Positions 44,177-55,820 of a stretch of 64,000 nt of DNA are shown here, piece after piece (the first letter of the stretch is position 1; each line of letters begins with the position of its first letter). The position numbers and the translations under genes are program-made. This DNA is from an uncultured Planctomycetaceae bacterium (GTDB lineage: Bacteria > Planctomycetota > Planctomycetia > Isosphaerales > Isosphaeraceae), in contig CAWIAD010000002.1 of NCBI GenBank assembly GCA_963833985.1, positions 6,581,660 through 6,645,659 of the forward strand, read 5' to 3'. Under the pieces are notes generated by a model. It saw only the letters and a list, made by a program, of their open reading frames with translations, had not been told where the DNA came from and did no database searches.

Positions 44177-45646
44177 ATGGCGTCTGTCTCTCGGGGAGAT
44201 TCGCGCGGTATGGGGTCTCAACCAAGCGGTCATGGCAATGGAAAGACGGGCGGAGGCAATGGTAGCGTGCCGCTGTCCGGCCCGAGCGGCTCGCTCGCGG
44301 ATCACCTGCCTCCACAGAATCTGGAGGCCGAGCGCTGGTTGCTGGGCGGGATCTTGCTGGACAACGAGGTGCTTCACGACATAGCCCAGTTCCTGACCGC
44401 CGACGATTTCTACAGGGATGCGCATCAGGTGATCTTTCGGGCCATCAGCGAGCTTTACACTGCGGGGAAGGGCGTTGACGCGGTCACCCTGGCAGACGAG
44501 CTGATCCGCCGCGACCAGTTCAGCCAGATTGGCGGCGACGAGATGCTGCTGGAGATCGCCAACAGCGTGCCGCACGCGGCCAACGCGCGCTATCACGCCG
44601 AGCTGGTTCGCCAGAAATCCATCAGCCGGCATCTCATCCAGAGTGCCACCGAGATCATCCGCGAGGGCTATTCCAACCTGTACACGGCCCAGCAGCTCCT
44701 GGAATCGGCCGAGCAGAAGATCTTCACAATCGCCGAGGATCAGACCCGTGGAGAAACGCACGAGCTCAAGGAGATCCTGGCCAGGGCCATGGACCTGATC
44801 GAGAAGCGGGCCGTCGAGAAGCACCCCGTCACCGGCGTTGGGTCCGGGTTCCTCGACCTGGACGATTACACCAACGGCTTCCATGCCGATCAGCTCATCA
44901 TCATCGCGGCCCGGCCGAGCATGGGAAAGACCGCGGTGGCCTTGAACATCTGTGAATTCGCGTCCCTCACCCAGAACGTGCCCGTTCTCATGGTCAGCCT
45001 GGAGATGGGGGACCTGGAGGTCACCGAGCGGCTCCTCTGGTCGCGGTCACGCGTGGACAGCCACAAGCTGCGAAAGGGCTTTGGTCTGGACCACCGCGAA
45101 CTGAACAAGCTTGGCAAGGCCTACGTGGAGCTGGAGAAGGCCCCGTTCTTCATTGATTCGACCCCCGCCCGCAACATGCTCCAGATCACGGCCTCGGCGC
45201 GCCGGCTGAAGCTGCGCAAAGGCTTGGGGCTGATCGTCGTCGACTACATTCAGCTCGTGGATGCCGAGGAATCGAGAGACAGCCGCCAGGAGCAGATCGC
45301 CAAGATCAGCCGGCGGCTCAAGACGCTGGCCCGTGAGCTGCACGTGCCGGTGATCGCGCTGTCGCAGTTGAACCGGGCCGTGGAGAGCCGCGAGGATCGC
45401 CGGCCCCGCATGGCCGACCTTCGCGAGTCAGGCGCCATCGAGCAGGATGCCGACATCGTTCTCTTGCTGCACCGGCCCGATTATTACGATCCCAATGACC
45501 AGCCCGGGCTGGCCGAAATCATCATCGCCAAGAACCGCAACGGCCCGACCGGCAGCGTCAAGCTGACCTTCCTCAAGAACCTCACGCGCTTCGAGAATCT
45601 CTCCACGCTGGCCGAGCCGCCCATCGACGAGGGAACGCCGTACTGA
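44177..45646 (+). CDS. dnaB: Replicative DNA helicase
   Basis: PPQNLEAE, AARPSMGKT, VVDYIQL, ALSQLNR, DLRESGAIEQDAD and KNRNGPTG; no intein. Confidence 0.97.
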   Translation: MASVSRGDSRGMGSQPSGHGNGKTGGGNGSVPLSGPSGSLADHLPPQNLEAERWLLGGILLDNEVLHDIAQFLTADDFYRDAHQVIFRAISELYTAGKGVDAVTLADELIRRDQFSQIGGDEMLLEIANSVPHAANARYHAELVRQKSISRHLIQSATEIIREGYSNLYTAQQLLESAEQKIFTIAEDQTRGETHELKEILARAMDLIEKRAVEKHPVTGVGSGFLDLDDYTNGFHADQLIIIAARPSMGKTAVALNICEFASLTQNVPVLMVSLEMGDLEVTERLLWSRSRVDSHKLRKGFGLDHRELNKLGKAYVELEKAPFFIDSTPARNMLQITASARRLKLRKGLGLIVVDYIQLVDAEESRDSRQEQIAKISRRLKTLARELHVPVIALSQLNRAVESREDRRPRMADLRESGAIEQDADIVLLLHRPDYYDPNDQPGLAEIIIAKNRNGPTGSVKLTFLKNLTRFENLSTLAEPPIDEGTPY

Positions 45647-45722
45647 CCGCAAGCAACGCGGGGACCGAGGCACTGCCGGAGGTCGCCGCGCCGTCGGTTT
45701 CGCTCACGACCTTCCGCCGGGC

Positions 45723-47459
45723 TCAATCAGAAACATCCACGTCCGACTCGGACCAGTGCGGCCGATCCACGGGCGGCCAGGGCTCTGATGCAGGGAGCCA
45801 GGGCGGCCGAGGCGCGTTCTCCTTGAAAAGAAAAGGCCCCAGCGCCCGACGGATCAGCTCCACATCGGTGATCCGCCCGTGTTCGGGAAGGTCGAGCAGG
45901 CCGGCGGCATCGTAGACGTCAGGAAGCTCCGGCGCGTCGAGCCGACCGAAAGCCGCACGGATTCCATCCCGGCCGATCCCGGACCGCGCAGCGACCTGCT
46001 GCGCCTGGTCCAGTCGTCGCAGGTGCCGGCGCTGCCAGTCAGCTCGGTCGAGCAGTAGTGCGGTGGCGCGCATCGACTGCAAGGAAAGGATTGGAAACCG
46101 CTGCAACTCCGCGGGCGACGGCGGAGGCACCCAGTTGCGCCAGAGCAGGTCCACCCTGGGACGGTTCAGAACCAGCAGAACCGCCATCAAGCCGAGGACT
46201 CCGAGCGCGGCCGCGCGACTCGGTGACGCGGTGGCTCGCAGGACCGGCGGCCGCTGGCCCGCGGTGCGCGGTCCGGCCCACCAGCCGGCGATGAACAGGA
46301 CCGCGCCAATCTGCGGCACGGCGTCGTACCAGGGAACGATCATTCCCAGGCTGATGGTGCGCAGGGACCGGAACGGCAAATAGCCGCGTACGGTCCACTC
46401 CACCAGGTAACTCCCCAGCACGAGGGCCAGCCCCGTGCACTCGAGCGGGTTGAACGCACCGAGCCTACGCGTGCGCAAGCGGCCGCCGGCCCAGACGCCA
46501 AACAAGAGCGCGCAAAGCACCGCCCCCTGTGCGGCCGTGGTCTGGGCCTTGAGCCCCAGGTTGCCGAGGACCAGGTTTTCCGGGATGGCCTGCGCTGTAT
46601 GAAGCAGACCCTCCACGGGACGCGCGGCCTCACCCGGCTTGCGGCCGTGAAAGCTGACGGTGCTGTCGATCCTGCCCCCGCCCAGGGCCATGGCCAGCAG
46701 GAACGCCGCGATTGCCGCAGCGAGCGGCACCGCGGCCGCGATGCGGCACCGCCGCCGGCCGTCGAGCCAGAGATAGACCGCCGCGACAGGTCCGGCCAGG
46801 TAGCCGATGGTCCAGAACCAGCCTCCCAGCGCCGCCGCAACGCCGCCGGGGACCAGCGCGGCGAGCCGTGGCCGCCTCCGCCAGCACTGGGCGTACCAGA
46901 GACTGGCCAGGATAGCGAAGCCGGCCCACAGCGTCTGGCCGGCCGAGTACCAGCAGGCCGGAGACGCCATCACCGAGGTCAGGCCCACGGCGGTCATTGC
47001 CGCCAGCCCCGCGCCGGAGCGGCCCGTCTCACGCGCGACGAACCGGCCGGTCAGAAGCATCGCGGCGATGAGGATGCCGTAGGCCGCTTCGGCCAGCACC
47101 GGCGGCAGCTTCTCGAGCGCGCCGGCCGAGGCCACCAGCGCCCAGGTCAGCACCCGCCAGGCCGGAACGATGTGCGTGTTGTGCGGGGCGAACAGGTTGA
47201 CTACCGTCCTCGGCAGCGTGCGCGAGGCCGCCACGTAGGCGAAGTCATCACTGTAGAGACGATAGATCGCCGCCGGATCACGCGGAATGTGTCCCTGCCT
47301 CAAACCGGCGAATGGATCGAAGAACAGGACCCAGGGAGCGGCCGCGAGCAGCAGCACCAGCACGACCACGCCGCCACGGCCGACTGGCCGCCTGAGCCAG
47401 GCCGTCCGGAGCGTTCCCGGCGTGGCAACGAAGCTGGTGGCGGTTCGGGACTGCTTCAC
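45723..47459 (-). CDS. Polytopic membrane protein, possible GT-C-type glycosyltransferase
   Basis: N-terminal TM followed by a YSDDF...APHNTH loop and many TM helices. Confidence 0.55.
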   Translation of the reverse strand: MKQSRTATSFVATPGTLRTAWLRRPVGRGGVVVLVLLLAAAPWVLFFDPFAGLRQGHIPRDPAAIYRLYSDDFAYVAASRTLPRTVVNLFAPHNTHIVPAWRVLTWALVASAGALEKLPPVLAEAAYGILIAAMLLTGRFVARETGRSGAGLAAMTAVGLTSVMASPACWYSAGQTLWAGFAILASLWYAQCWRRRPRLAALVPGGVAAALGGWFWTIGYLAGPVAAVYLWLDGRRRCRIAAAVPLAAAIAAFLLAMALGGGRIDSTVSFHGRKPGEAARPVEGLLHTAQAIPENLVLGNLGLKAQTTAAQGAVLCALLFGVWAGGRLRTRRLGAFNPLECTGLALVLGSYLVEWTVRGYLPFRSLRTISLGMIVPWYDAVPQIGAVLFIAGWWAGPRTAGQRPPVLRATASPSRAAALGVLGLMAVLLVLNRPRVDLLWRNWVPPPSPAELQRFPILSLQSMRATALLLDRADWQRRHLRRLDQAQQVAARSGIGRDGIRAAFGRLDAPELPDVYDAAGLLDLPEHGRITDVELIRRALGPFLFKENAPRPPWLPASEPWPPVDRPHWSESDVDVSD

Positions 47460-49272
47460 TTCCTGGTCTCGTCGCTGAATTGTGCAGTGGGCAACAACAG
47501 GGTCAACGTGCGCAGCTCAAAGGTGCACGGGTGGTTGTCGGGCTGAATCCGGATCTGGGAGATCCAGTCGTCAATCCAGATCGTCGTCGTCTGGTCGGGA
47601 CCGGTGGGGAGGTTCCAGTTACCGTACTGCGGCTCGATGGGCAGATCAGCCAGGGTGGGGCCGCGCCAGGCCATCCGGAAATGGGCCGGAGCCCCATTGG
47701 CCGCGGCGTGGGCATACCGCATCCGCACGCCGCAGACGTAGAGCGGCGCGGCCAGGTTGAAGCGGATCCAGGGGTCGAGCCCCGTCACCTCGATGCGGCC
47801 CTCGTTCCATCGCGCCAGCCGGACTTCGACCGGTTGCAGGGGCACGGGCTGTTCCCCGAAGGGCGGATCGTCCTGGATCGACCGGAACCTGCCGATCCCG
47901 GCGCGTTGCAACAGCGAGAGCGACTCGTGCAGAATCTCCTGCGAAGGATGGAGGAACGGCGTGTGCCGGCGCACCAGACGGAACAAGGGGACGCCCGACG
48001 CCAGGTCGCGATCGACGGCAAGGGCCTTGCGGTGCGCAGCGTCGCCAGTGGTCCAGGCGGTTTCGATGTTTGGCCACAACAGCACACAGCCAAGGAAAAA
48101 CAGGATCAGGGGGCAGAATGTGCGGCTTGCCCGCCAGCCGTAACAAGACAGGGCGAAGTAACTGACCAGCAGTGCGGGAGCCGCCAGCGTGGTGTAGCGC
48201 GGCTGGAGACCAGCGAGCACGCCCTCACCGGACCGGCCCCAGCCGGAGCCGAGCGCCAGCGAGACCACGGCGGCCAGCACCCAGGCCAGTCCCTCGATCC
48301 TGGCGCGCTCCGCGGGCTGCCTGATCCAGACCCACGCCAGCAAGGCCGTAGCACTGAGCAAGAGTGCCAGCACCAGCAGTCCGGAGGCCGGCCAGAGACG
48401 GGCGACAGGCTCGCCCAGGCTCATGGCCAGAAACTGGAGCGTTGTCCGGGCCACGGCCGTAGCGTCTCCCGGCGCGGCGTGGTGAGCGGCGCCGAATAGC
48501 CGTGCAGGTAGAGACCCATCAAAACCAGGGGAGGCAACGAGAACGCCGCGATGGCCAGTGCCCGCCGTCGGCCGGCCGCCCCATGCCGCACCAGCACGCC
48601 CGCGGCCAGCAGCCAGAGCCAGAGGAGAAGTGCGGGAAGGAAGGCCAGTCCTCCCGCGTTGCAGAGGGGCATGAGGCTCATGCAGAGCGACGCAAGGGCC
48701 AGGCTGCCCAGGCCCGGAACCTCACGGCTGCGCACCACCACGGCCAGAACCACTCCGAGGAGGACCACGGCCAGCACGTAGGTGATCTGGATGCTCCAGA
48801 GGAAGTTCTCATGCTGACCCAGGTTCAGGAGCACGAGCGGCAGGAACGCGTCCGCCGCATGCCACGATCCGCGAACTCGGCGAACCGCCAGCAGCAGCCC
48901 GACGGCGAGCGCACCGAGCAACCCGACGATCAGCAGCATGACCGGTCGGGGATCCGCCCCGCTTGACCGGAACGCCCCGAGCAGGATGAGCCGGGCGAGC
49001 GGGATCCGGTGCTCGCTGTGTTGCGACCACAGCCAGCCGATCGTGACCGGTTCAGTGCCGGCGAGCTGGGGGACCACCGCGTAATCATCCCAGAGGGGGA
49101 CATCCGCACCAAACCGCAGCACGTAAACAACCGCCAGGACCAGCATCGCCATCCAGATCGACCCGACGAACAGGCCCGTACCCGGATCGCACGGTAAACT
49201 CCGCACCGCAGGCGCTCCCGGGGTGGGCCGGGCAAGTGCCGTTGTCTCCGGTAAGTCAGGACTGGTCGCCAA
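47456..49272 (-). CDS. Polytopic membrane protein, possible GT-C-type glycosyltransferase (frameshift ~48480)
   Basis: DVPLWDDY...WSQHSEHRI loop, many TMs, GR and PRY motifs, soluble C-terminal domain; 4-nt overlap with the downstream gene. Confidence 0.55.
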
Positions 49273-49318
49273 GGGCTGTTCCTCAACCTGGGTGGGAGAG
49301 ACCTGGCCGCACGGTCAT

Positions 49319-50955
49319 TTACCGCCGCCGGACGCGGCCATTGGTTCCCGTGGCTCGCTTCTCGGCGCCCTGTGCCTCGCGGAGCATGTCGAGTGCCTCC
49401 TGCCGGGTTCCCTCCGCGGCCGACTCGCCGCGCAGGCATCAGCGCCAGTTCGTGCACGCGGTCGGCGTCGGAGAGCAGGGTGATGGTGGTGCTCGTGCGT
49501 CCTCGCTCCACGTGCTTGCGGATCACCCACTGGTGGTGCGCGTGGGAAGCGAGTTGCGGCAGATGGGTGATGCATACGACCTGGTGATGGCGTGCCAGAG
49601 CGCCCAGGGCCTTGCCGGCGCCGATCCCAGCCGGCCGCCGACGCCCGTGTCGATCTCGTCAAAGATCAGTGTGGGAACACGGTCCACCCCGGCTAGTACG
49701 GTCTTGGCCGCCAGCGTCACCCGCGACAGCTCACCGCCTGAGGCGATCTTCCGCAACGGCCTGGGCGACTCGCCGGGATTGGCCAGGAAGAGCATCTCGA
49801 CCGAGTCCAGGCCCGATTCGGGAGCAGCCGCGGCCGCAGGATCAGCGCCCAGTTGCGCGATTCGACCTCGACGGAGATCCGCGACTTCTCCAGCCCGAGG
49901 GATCGGAGCTGACCCTGGATGGCCGTGGTGAAGCGCTCCGCCGTCTTCCTTCGGCGCTGAGAGTTTGGCCGCGACTTTCTTGAGCGCGGCAAACGACTGA
50001 GCCAGCGGCACGTCCAGCGAGCCCAGGTCTTCCTCGTCACGCGCGATGGCCGCAAGCCTGGCCGCCGTGGCTACCCTGCGGTCGGCCAGGGCATCGGGCG
50101 TGCAATGGAACCGGCCGGCCAGCCGGCGATAGAGCGCCAGGCGCGTCTCGATCTCCTCGAGACGCCGCGGATCGTCCTCCCACTGCTCGCCCAGGTCGCG
50201 CAGGGTGTAGGCCACCTCGCGCGTCTCACCGGCCAGGCGCGCCAGGCTGGCGGCCGCGTCGGCCAGCTCGGCGCGGCCGCGGCCAGCGGTTCAAGGTTGC
50301 GGGCCACGCGCTTGAGCAGCTCCTGGGCCGAGTGATCGGCCTCGTAGAGCAAGCCGTATCCCTCCGTGGCGGCCGCCCGGATCGCCTCCGCGCTGGCCAT
50401 CGCATGCGACTGCCGCATCAGCTCGTCGTACTCGCCAGTCCTCGGATCGGCGGCTTCCAGCTCATCGCGCTCGAACTCGAGCAGGGCGCACTCGCGCTGC
50501 CTGGCCAGCGTGGCGTCGAGCAGTTGCTGGCGGTTGCGGCGCAGGGCGTCGTGGCCGGCGCGGGCCGTGCGATAGGCCTCCAAAGGCCCCTCGAGCTTGC
50601 CGAAGCCGTCCATCAGCCGCGCTGGCCGTCCGGATCGAGCAGGCGCGGCCCTCGTGCTGACCGTGGATGTCGACCAGAAGCGCTCCAGCCGCTCCAGCGT
50701 CCCGATCGCACGGGCGTACCGTTCGCCTTGCCATACTGCGGCCCTGGCCGCTGACACGCCGCGTGATGATCAACACGTCTTCCTCGATGATCGCGCCAGG
50801 ATGGCCTCCAGCTTCTCGCGGAGCACCCGGTCGCCAATCTCGAACACCGCGGACGCGCCGCCTCGCTCTCCGCGCAGGACGAACTCGACGAGGCCTTGCC
50901 GCCGGCGCGGCCCGGCGCCGTCGAGCAGCAGGCTCTCCGCGCCGGTCTCGGCGCC
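49319..50955 (-). CDS. recN: DNA repair protein RecN, 5'-truncated and multiply frameshifted
   Basis: LVDIHGQHE, PLRKIASGGELSR, LIFDEIDTGVGG and ICITHLPQLA; a damaged P-loop remnant ETGA-SLLLD at ~50925-50955. Confidence 0.9.
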
Positions 50956-50974
50956 TGCGTGTACCTGGTTCAGC

Positions 50975-53287
50975 GTGTCTGCCGCTCGCAGCGCCAGGAG
51001 GATATCCGCGCCATCAGCGATGAAATCCTGCGCCAGTCCCGCCACGAAATCGGGGCCGCCGAGCGCTTCGATATCCGCAGCATGCGCGGGCTCACCGGCG
51101 ACCTGGCTGCCGTATCGTTGGGTCTCCGGCGCCGGTTGGTCCGGGGGGCGGGCTCCTCCGCCCGCCGAAGCTGGCGATGATGTCGAGAAGCCTATTGGCC
51201 TCCACGGGTTTGACGACGCACATGTCCATGCCGGCTTCGATGCAGCGCTCGGCCATCTCCGGCGTCGCATCGGCGGTCAGTGCCAGGATCGGCAGGTGTT
51301 TTTCCCCGGCCGTCGCAAAGCGATGGAGCTTGGTTGCGTCGATGCCGTTCATCACCGGCATGTTCACATCCATCAGCACCAGCGCGAAGCTATCGCGCTC
51401 CAATGCGTCCAGGGCCTCCTCGCCATTGTTCACGATCTCATAGCTGTGGCCGCCGCGCTCCAGAATTTTCCCGACGACGTTCTGGTTGATGCGGTTGTCG
51501 TCCGCGACCAGGATATGAAGGGACCGGCCCTGCGCGCGCTCAGCCAGCGAAACACTCTGGTCGGCATCGAGCCGTGCCGCAATCGAACGCAGCAGGTATT
51601 CGACCTCGACCTCGGAGGGATTGCGGCCCACCACGGACAGACATGCCCGGCGCAAGGCAATGTCTGGCACCGTCATCGGGCTCTGGTCTTGCAGCAGAAT
51701 CACTGCCGGCCGGTCGGGGAGGGTTGAAGCCCCGCTGGCTGTCAGGGTGGCGTGGCTGCAGGCGATGCTCGCGGCGTCGATCAAAACGGCACCGAGCCCA
51801 GGGGTTTTGGCGATGGCGGCGGTGAGTTGATCGGAGGTCGCATCCGGCCGAAGCGTCTGGTTGAAGACCTGGATGCCGCGATCCTCCAGCCGTTTCATCA
51901 GCGGGGCGGTTGCCGACGGGTCGGCGGAGATCAGGGCCAGCCGTAGCTTGGGGAGCGGGGGTGCCGGAGGCTCGGCAAGCTCCAGCGGCAGCGCGATGAA
52001 GAAGGTGCTGCCTTCGCCGAGCTTGCTGGTGACGCCGATGGTGCCGCCATGAAGTTCCGCCAGTTTCCGTGCGATGGCGAGGCCGAGGCCGGTGCCTCCG
52101 AAACGGTCGATGATTGTTTCATCGGCTTGCGTGAAGCTGTCAAAGATGCGCGCCTGCGCCTCCGGCGCGATGCCGATTCCGGTGTCGGACACCTCGATCC
52201 TGAGACTGATTGTATTGCCGGCCCGTTCCAGCGCGTCGACCGCGATCAGGACCGACCCATGCGTGGTGAATTTCACGGCATTGCTGGCGAGATTTTGCAG
52301 GATATCCGAGAGGTGCCGCGCATCGCCGAGAAAGCGCGGCGGTGTTCGCGCGCTGATATGGCTGGAAACGGCGACCCCTTTCGCCTGCGCGGGGACCGTG
52401 ACCATGCGCTCGATGGCCCAGATCAGCGCCGGCAGATCGAAGGGCGCGTGCTGCACCGGCATCCTGCCGGCTTCGATGCGCGAGAAATCAAGGATGCCGT
52501 CGATCAGGGAGAGCAGGGACCGTGCCGCGGTGCCGGTGGTCCGCACCATGTCCTGCTGGTCATGGTCAAGCCGGGTGCCGACGAGCAGGTCGCTCATGCC
52601 GATCACGGCGTTGAGCGGCGTGCGCAACTCGTGGCTGACGCTCGCGAGGAACAGGCTCTTGGCCTGGCTTGCCTCCTCGGCCTGCTGTTTGGCGGTGGAG
52701 AGGTTGCGGATCAGGGAGGCGGTGTAGAGGGGGATCGCCAGTAAGCCGGCCAATAAGCCGAAGGAGAGAAAGAGGTCATGCCGCCAGTAGCTGGTGGTCG
52801 CCACGCAAAGGCCAAAACCGATGAGCGCACAGGCCATCGCGATGCGGAGATAGACCAGTCCGAAGCGGAAGCCGTAGCCGAGAACAGCCCAAAGATAGAT
52901 TGGATAGAGGGGCGCGACCATATGGCCACCGAGATGCATCCCGATCGACAAGGTGCCCGTGTCGGTAACCAGCTGTAGCAAAATTCGCAGTCGCGAGGGG
53001 CGTCCGCGAATCAACAGATCGAGGAAGAAAGCGACGCCAAACACAGCGTAGGAGCCGCTGACCAGAAGGGTCGGCCAATAGGTCGCCCATGGGCCGCCGA
53101 TCCTCAATGTCAGCAGATAGCCAAAAACGCCGAAGCCGATGACGAGGCGATTGATGATAATTTGATATTCGGTGCCGTGGCCGAGCCGCAGGCGTCTGCG
53201 CACGAGGCTGAACAGAGCGGCCAATCGGGACTGGCGCGCAGATCGCAGGGTCAGACCGAAGGCCTCCCCTTTTTTGGCCGAGCCCAT
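50975..53287 (-). CDS. rpfC: RpfC-like hybrid sensor histidine kinase (TM sensor, HisKA, HATPase, REC, truncated HPt)
   Basis: Sensor PLYPIYLWAVLGYGFRFG...YW...IPLY; SHELRTPLN; NAVKFT; GGTGLGL; REC ADDN/MDVNMP/KP; start of HPt (DIEALGGPDFVAGLAQDF) after a frameshift ~51130. Confidence 0.85.
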
Positions 53288-53424
53288 TTTCGCTGTGGAT
53301 GGGCGATCAGGACGCGTGGAATACCGATCCGGGCCGGGATTGGCATCGCCGCTCGTTCTCTCTCCGCCAGCCGGGATGTGCGAGCGGAATCGGGCCAGCG
53401 AAGGGTACCCGAAACGCCCTCACC

Positions 53425-55584
53425 TCACTCCGAAAGGGCTTGGCTGACCAGGTCGTGACCCTGACCATGCAGTTGCGAAAATCTTTCGAAAGCGGCTGCT
53501 TCCAGCGGTCGGCTGAACAGATAGCCCTGAACCTCGTCGCAGCCTTCGGCACGAAGGGCGACCAGTTGCGCCTCTGTCTCCACCCCCTCCGCAACGACGC
53601 GCAGGCCGAGACCGCGGCCAAGCCCGATGATGGCGCGAATGACGGCCGATCCCTCGGGGCGACCGCTCATGCTATGAATGAACCCTTGGTCGATCTTCAG
53701 GCGGTTCAGCGGCAGCTTGTCGATATAGGTGAAGGAGGCATATCCGGTGCCGAAGTCATCCACCGAAAAGGAGACGCCGCGCTGCTGGAGCGCCACGATT
53801 TGCCGCCGAGCCGTCTCATGATCGTCGAGAAAGGTGGTTTCGGTTAATTCGAGATCGATAAGATCAGCAGATACCCCGGCCCGATCGATAGCCCCGATCA
53901 CCAGCGATGCCACGTCGTGACTGCGGAACAGCGAGGCTGAGAGGTTGACGGCGACGCGGGTCGGCATCCCGTTTTTCTCCCAGATCGCGGCTTGGCGACA
54001 GGCGGCCTCCAACACCCAAAGGGTGAGGGCAACCATCAAACCCGCTTCTTCGGCAATCGGCAAGAATTTGTCAGGATAAATGAGGCCATGGCCGGGCCGG
54101 TTCCATCGCACCAGCGCCTCCACCCCGGTGATCAGCCCGCTCCGCGTATCCTGTTGCGGCTGGTAATGGAGAACAAGCTCGTCCCGGTGCAAACCGGCCC
54201 GCAGATCAATCTCGAGCTGGGCGGCATCGCGGACGGCCGACTGCATTTCCGGTTCGAAGAGCCTGAACCCATTCCTGCCCCGCGCCTTCGCCCGATACAT
54301 CGCGAGATCGGCGTTCTGCAGCAAGGTGTCGAGCGTTCGGCCATCGCGCGGGAAGAGCGTGACGCCCAGGCTGCCGCTGGTCTTGATGCTGCGTCCGTCA
54401 ACGAGGAAGGGGGTGTCGAAGCTGTGAATGATCCTTTGGGCCAAAGCGGCGGCCATGGCTTCGGCATCGGAGGCGCGATCGAAGCCCGCTTGGAGGATTG
54501 CGAATTCGTCGCCGCCGAGACGCCCGAGGATGTCATCCGGGCCAAGCACGCTCGCCATGCGGTCGGCGACGGCGGAGATCAGCACGTCGCCATTATGGTG
54601 CCCGAAGGCATCGCTGATACTTTTGAAACGATCCAAATCAAGGAAATGCAGGGCGAACACACTGTTTTGCCCGGTGGCGGCATCGATCGCATCTTCGAGC
54701 CGAAGATGCAGCGCCAGCCGGTTCGGCAGGCCGGTCAAGCTATCGTGATGAGCAACATGATGGAGATGCTCCTCGGCACGCTTGCGCTCGGTAATGTCAA
54801 GGGAGGTGGTCAGCACCGAGGTGACGAGGTTGAATGCCGATTTCAGCGGCGTCTTGGTGGTGAGGAAAACGCGGGGCGTGCCGGCTATGTCGGTGATTTC
54901 TTCCTCAAAAGTCGGCAGCGGCAGCTCCGTCGCGAATACACGGGCGTCAAGCTGGCGCGACCGCAGGGCATGATCGCCCTTGAATCCCGCCAGACCGTTT
55001 TCCGCTTCTCCGCCCAGGAGTAAGGTCTGATATGCATTGACGAAAATGCATTCGCCCCGGCGATCTGACGCGCTGATCATGGCAGGCACTGTGTCGATGA
55101 CCTGGGCCAGACGGTCTCGGCTATCCCTTAGCAGCTCCCGCCTTTCCTGCTCAACGTCTTCAAGTTCCTTTGCTAGCGCATTGGCGCGGCTGCGAATTTG
55201 CTTCTGTCGTGTGCCGATCTTCAGGAGATTGCGCGCGCGGGTGATGAATTCCTGATGGTCGATCGGCGTTTGCACGAAGTCGGTCGCACCCGCTTCCAGG
55301 GCCTCCAGGCGAAAGGCACGGTCGTCATAGGCAGTGATCACGATAATGGGAACATCGATCCCGTTGGGCAGGGCGCGAATTTGCTGCGTGAACGCCGCCC
55401 CGGTCATTTGCGGCATCTTGAAGTCGGTGATCACAAGGTCCGGCATTCGGGCACCGATCCAGCGGAGGGCCGGATCGGGCGCCGAAAAGGCTTCCACCTC
55501 AACCTTTTCGCCCAGCGATCCGACGAGTTTGGTGAAAATGCTGCGGTTGGTGGCGCGATCATCGACAATGACAACGGATGGCAT
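53425..55584 (-). CDS. REC-PAS-GGDEF-EAL c-di-GMP turnover protein
   Basis: IVDD/TDFKMP receiver; PAS/PAC ending DITERK; RLGGDEF; EALVRW, DDFGTG and AEGVE. Confidence 0.93.
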   Translation of the reverse strand: MPSVVIVDDRATNRSIFTKLVGSLGEKVEVEAFSAPDPALRWIGARMPDLVITDFKMPQMTGAAFTQQIRALPNGIDVPIIVITAYDDRAFRLEALEAGATDFVQTPIDHQEFITRARNLLKIGTRQKQIRSRANALAKELEDVEQERRELLRDSRDRLAQVIDTVPAMISASDRRGECIFVNAYQTLLLGGEAENGLAGFKGDHALRSRQLDARVFATELPLPTFEEEITDIAGTPRVFLTTKTPLKSAFNLVTSVLTTSLDITERKRAEEHLHHVAHHDSLTGLPNRLALHLRLEDAIDAATGQNSVFALHFLDLDRFKSISDAFGHHNGDVLISAVADRMASVLGPDDILGRLGGDEFAILQAGFDRASDAEAMAAALAQRIIHSFDTPFLVDGRSIKTSGSLGVTLFPRDGRTLDTLLQNADLAMYRAKARGRNGFRLFEPEMQSAVRDAAQLEIDLRAGLHRDELVLHYQPQQDTRSGLITGVEALVRWNRPGHGLIYPDKFLPIAEEAGLMVALTLWVLEAACRQAAIWEKNGMPTRVAVNLSASLFRSHDVASLVIGAIDRAGVSADLIDLELTETTFLDDHETARRQIVALQQRGVSFSVDDFGTGYASFTYIDKLPLNRLKIDQGFIHSMSGRPEGSAVIRAIIGLGRGLGLRVVAEGVETEAQLVALRAEGCDEVQGYLFSRPLEAAAFERFSQLHGQGHDLVSQALSE

Positions 55585-55820
55585 GAATTCCCCGTTAGAC
55601 CGCCGGCGAGACCGGCCCGTGATGCCGGGCCGCCAAGCTGAAGCGTTTCGACCCCTTCACTAGCGCAAGCTGACAGTAACGAGAACCTGAATTTATTCCT
55701 GGGCCACCCGAAATTTGAGGCGTCAGACGAAAAAACAGCGAGAATAGCTCGCCCGACTACAGCCGGGATTTCCCCGTCGAACTCGGGCCGCGGCATCGCC
55801 GCGCTAACCTGGAGCTTGCC

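Noticed and set aside
50770..51270. HPt-RecN fusion ORF as a novel protein
   Set aside because: Both halves are truncated and noisy; best explained as the chimeric junction
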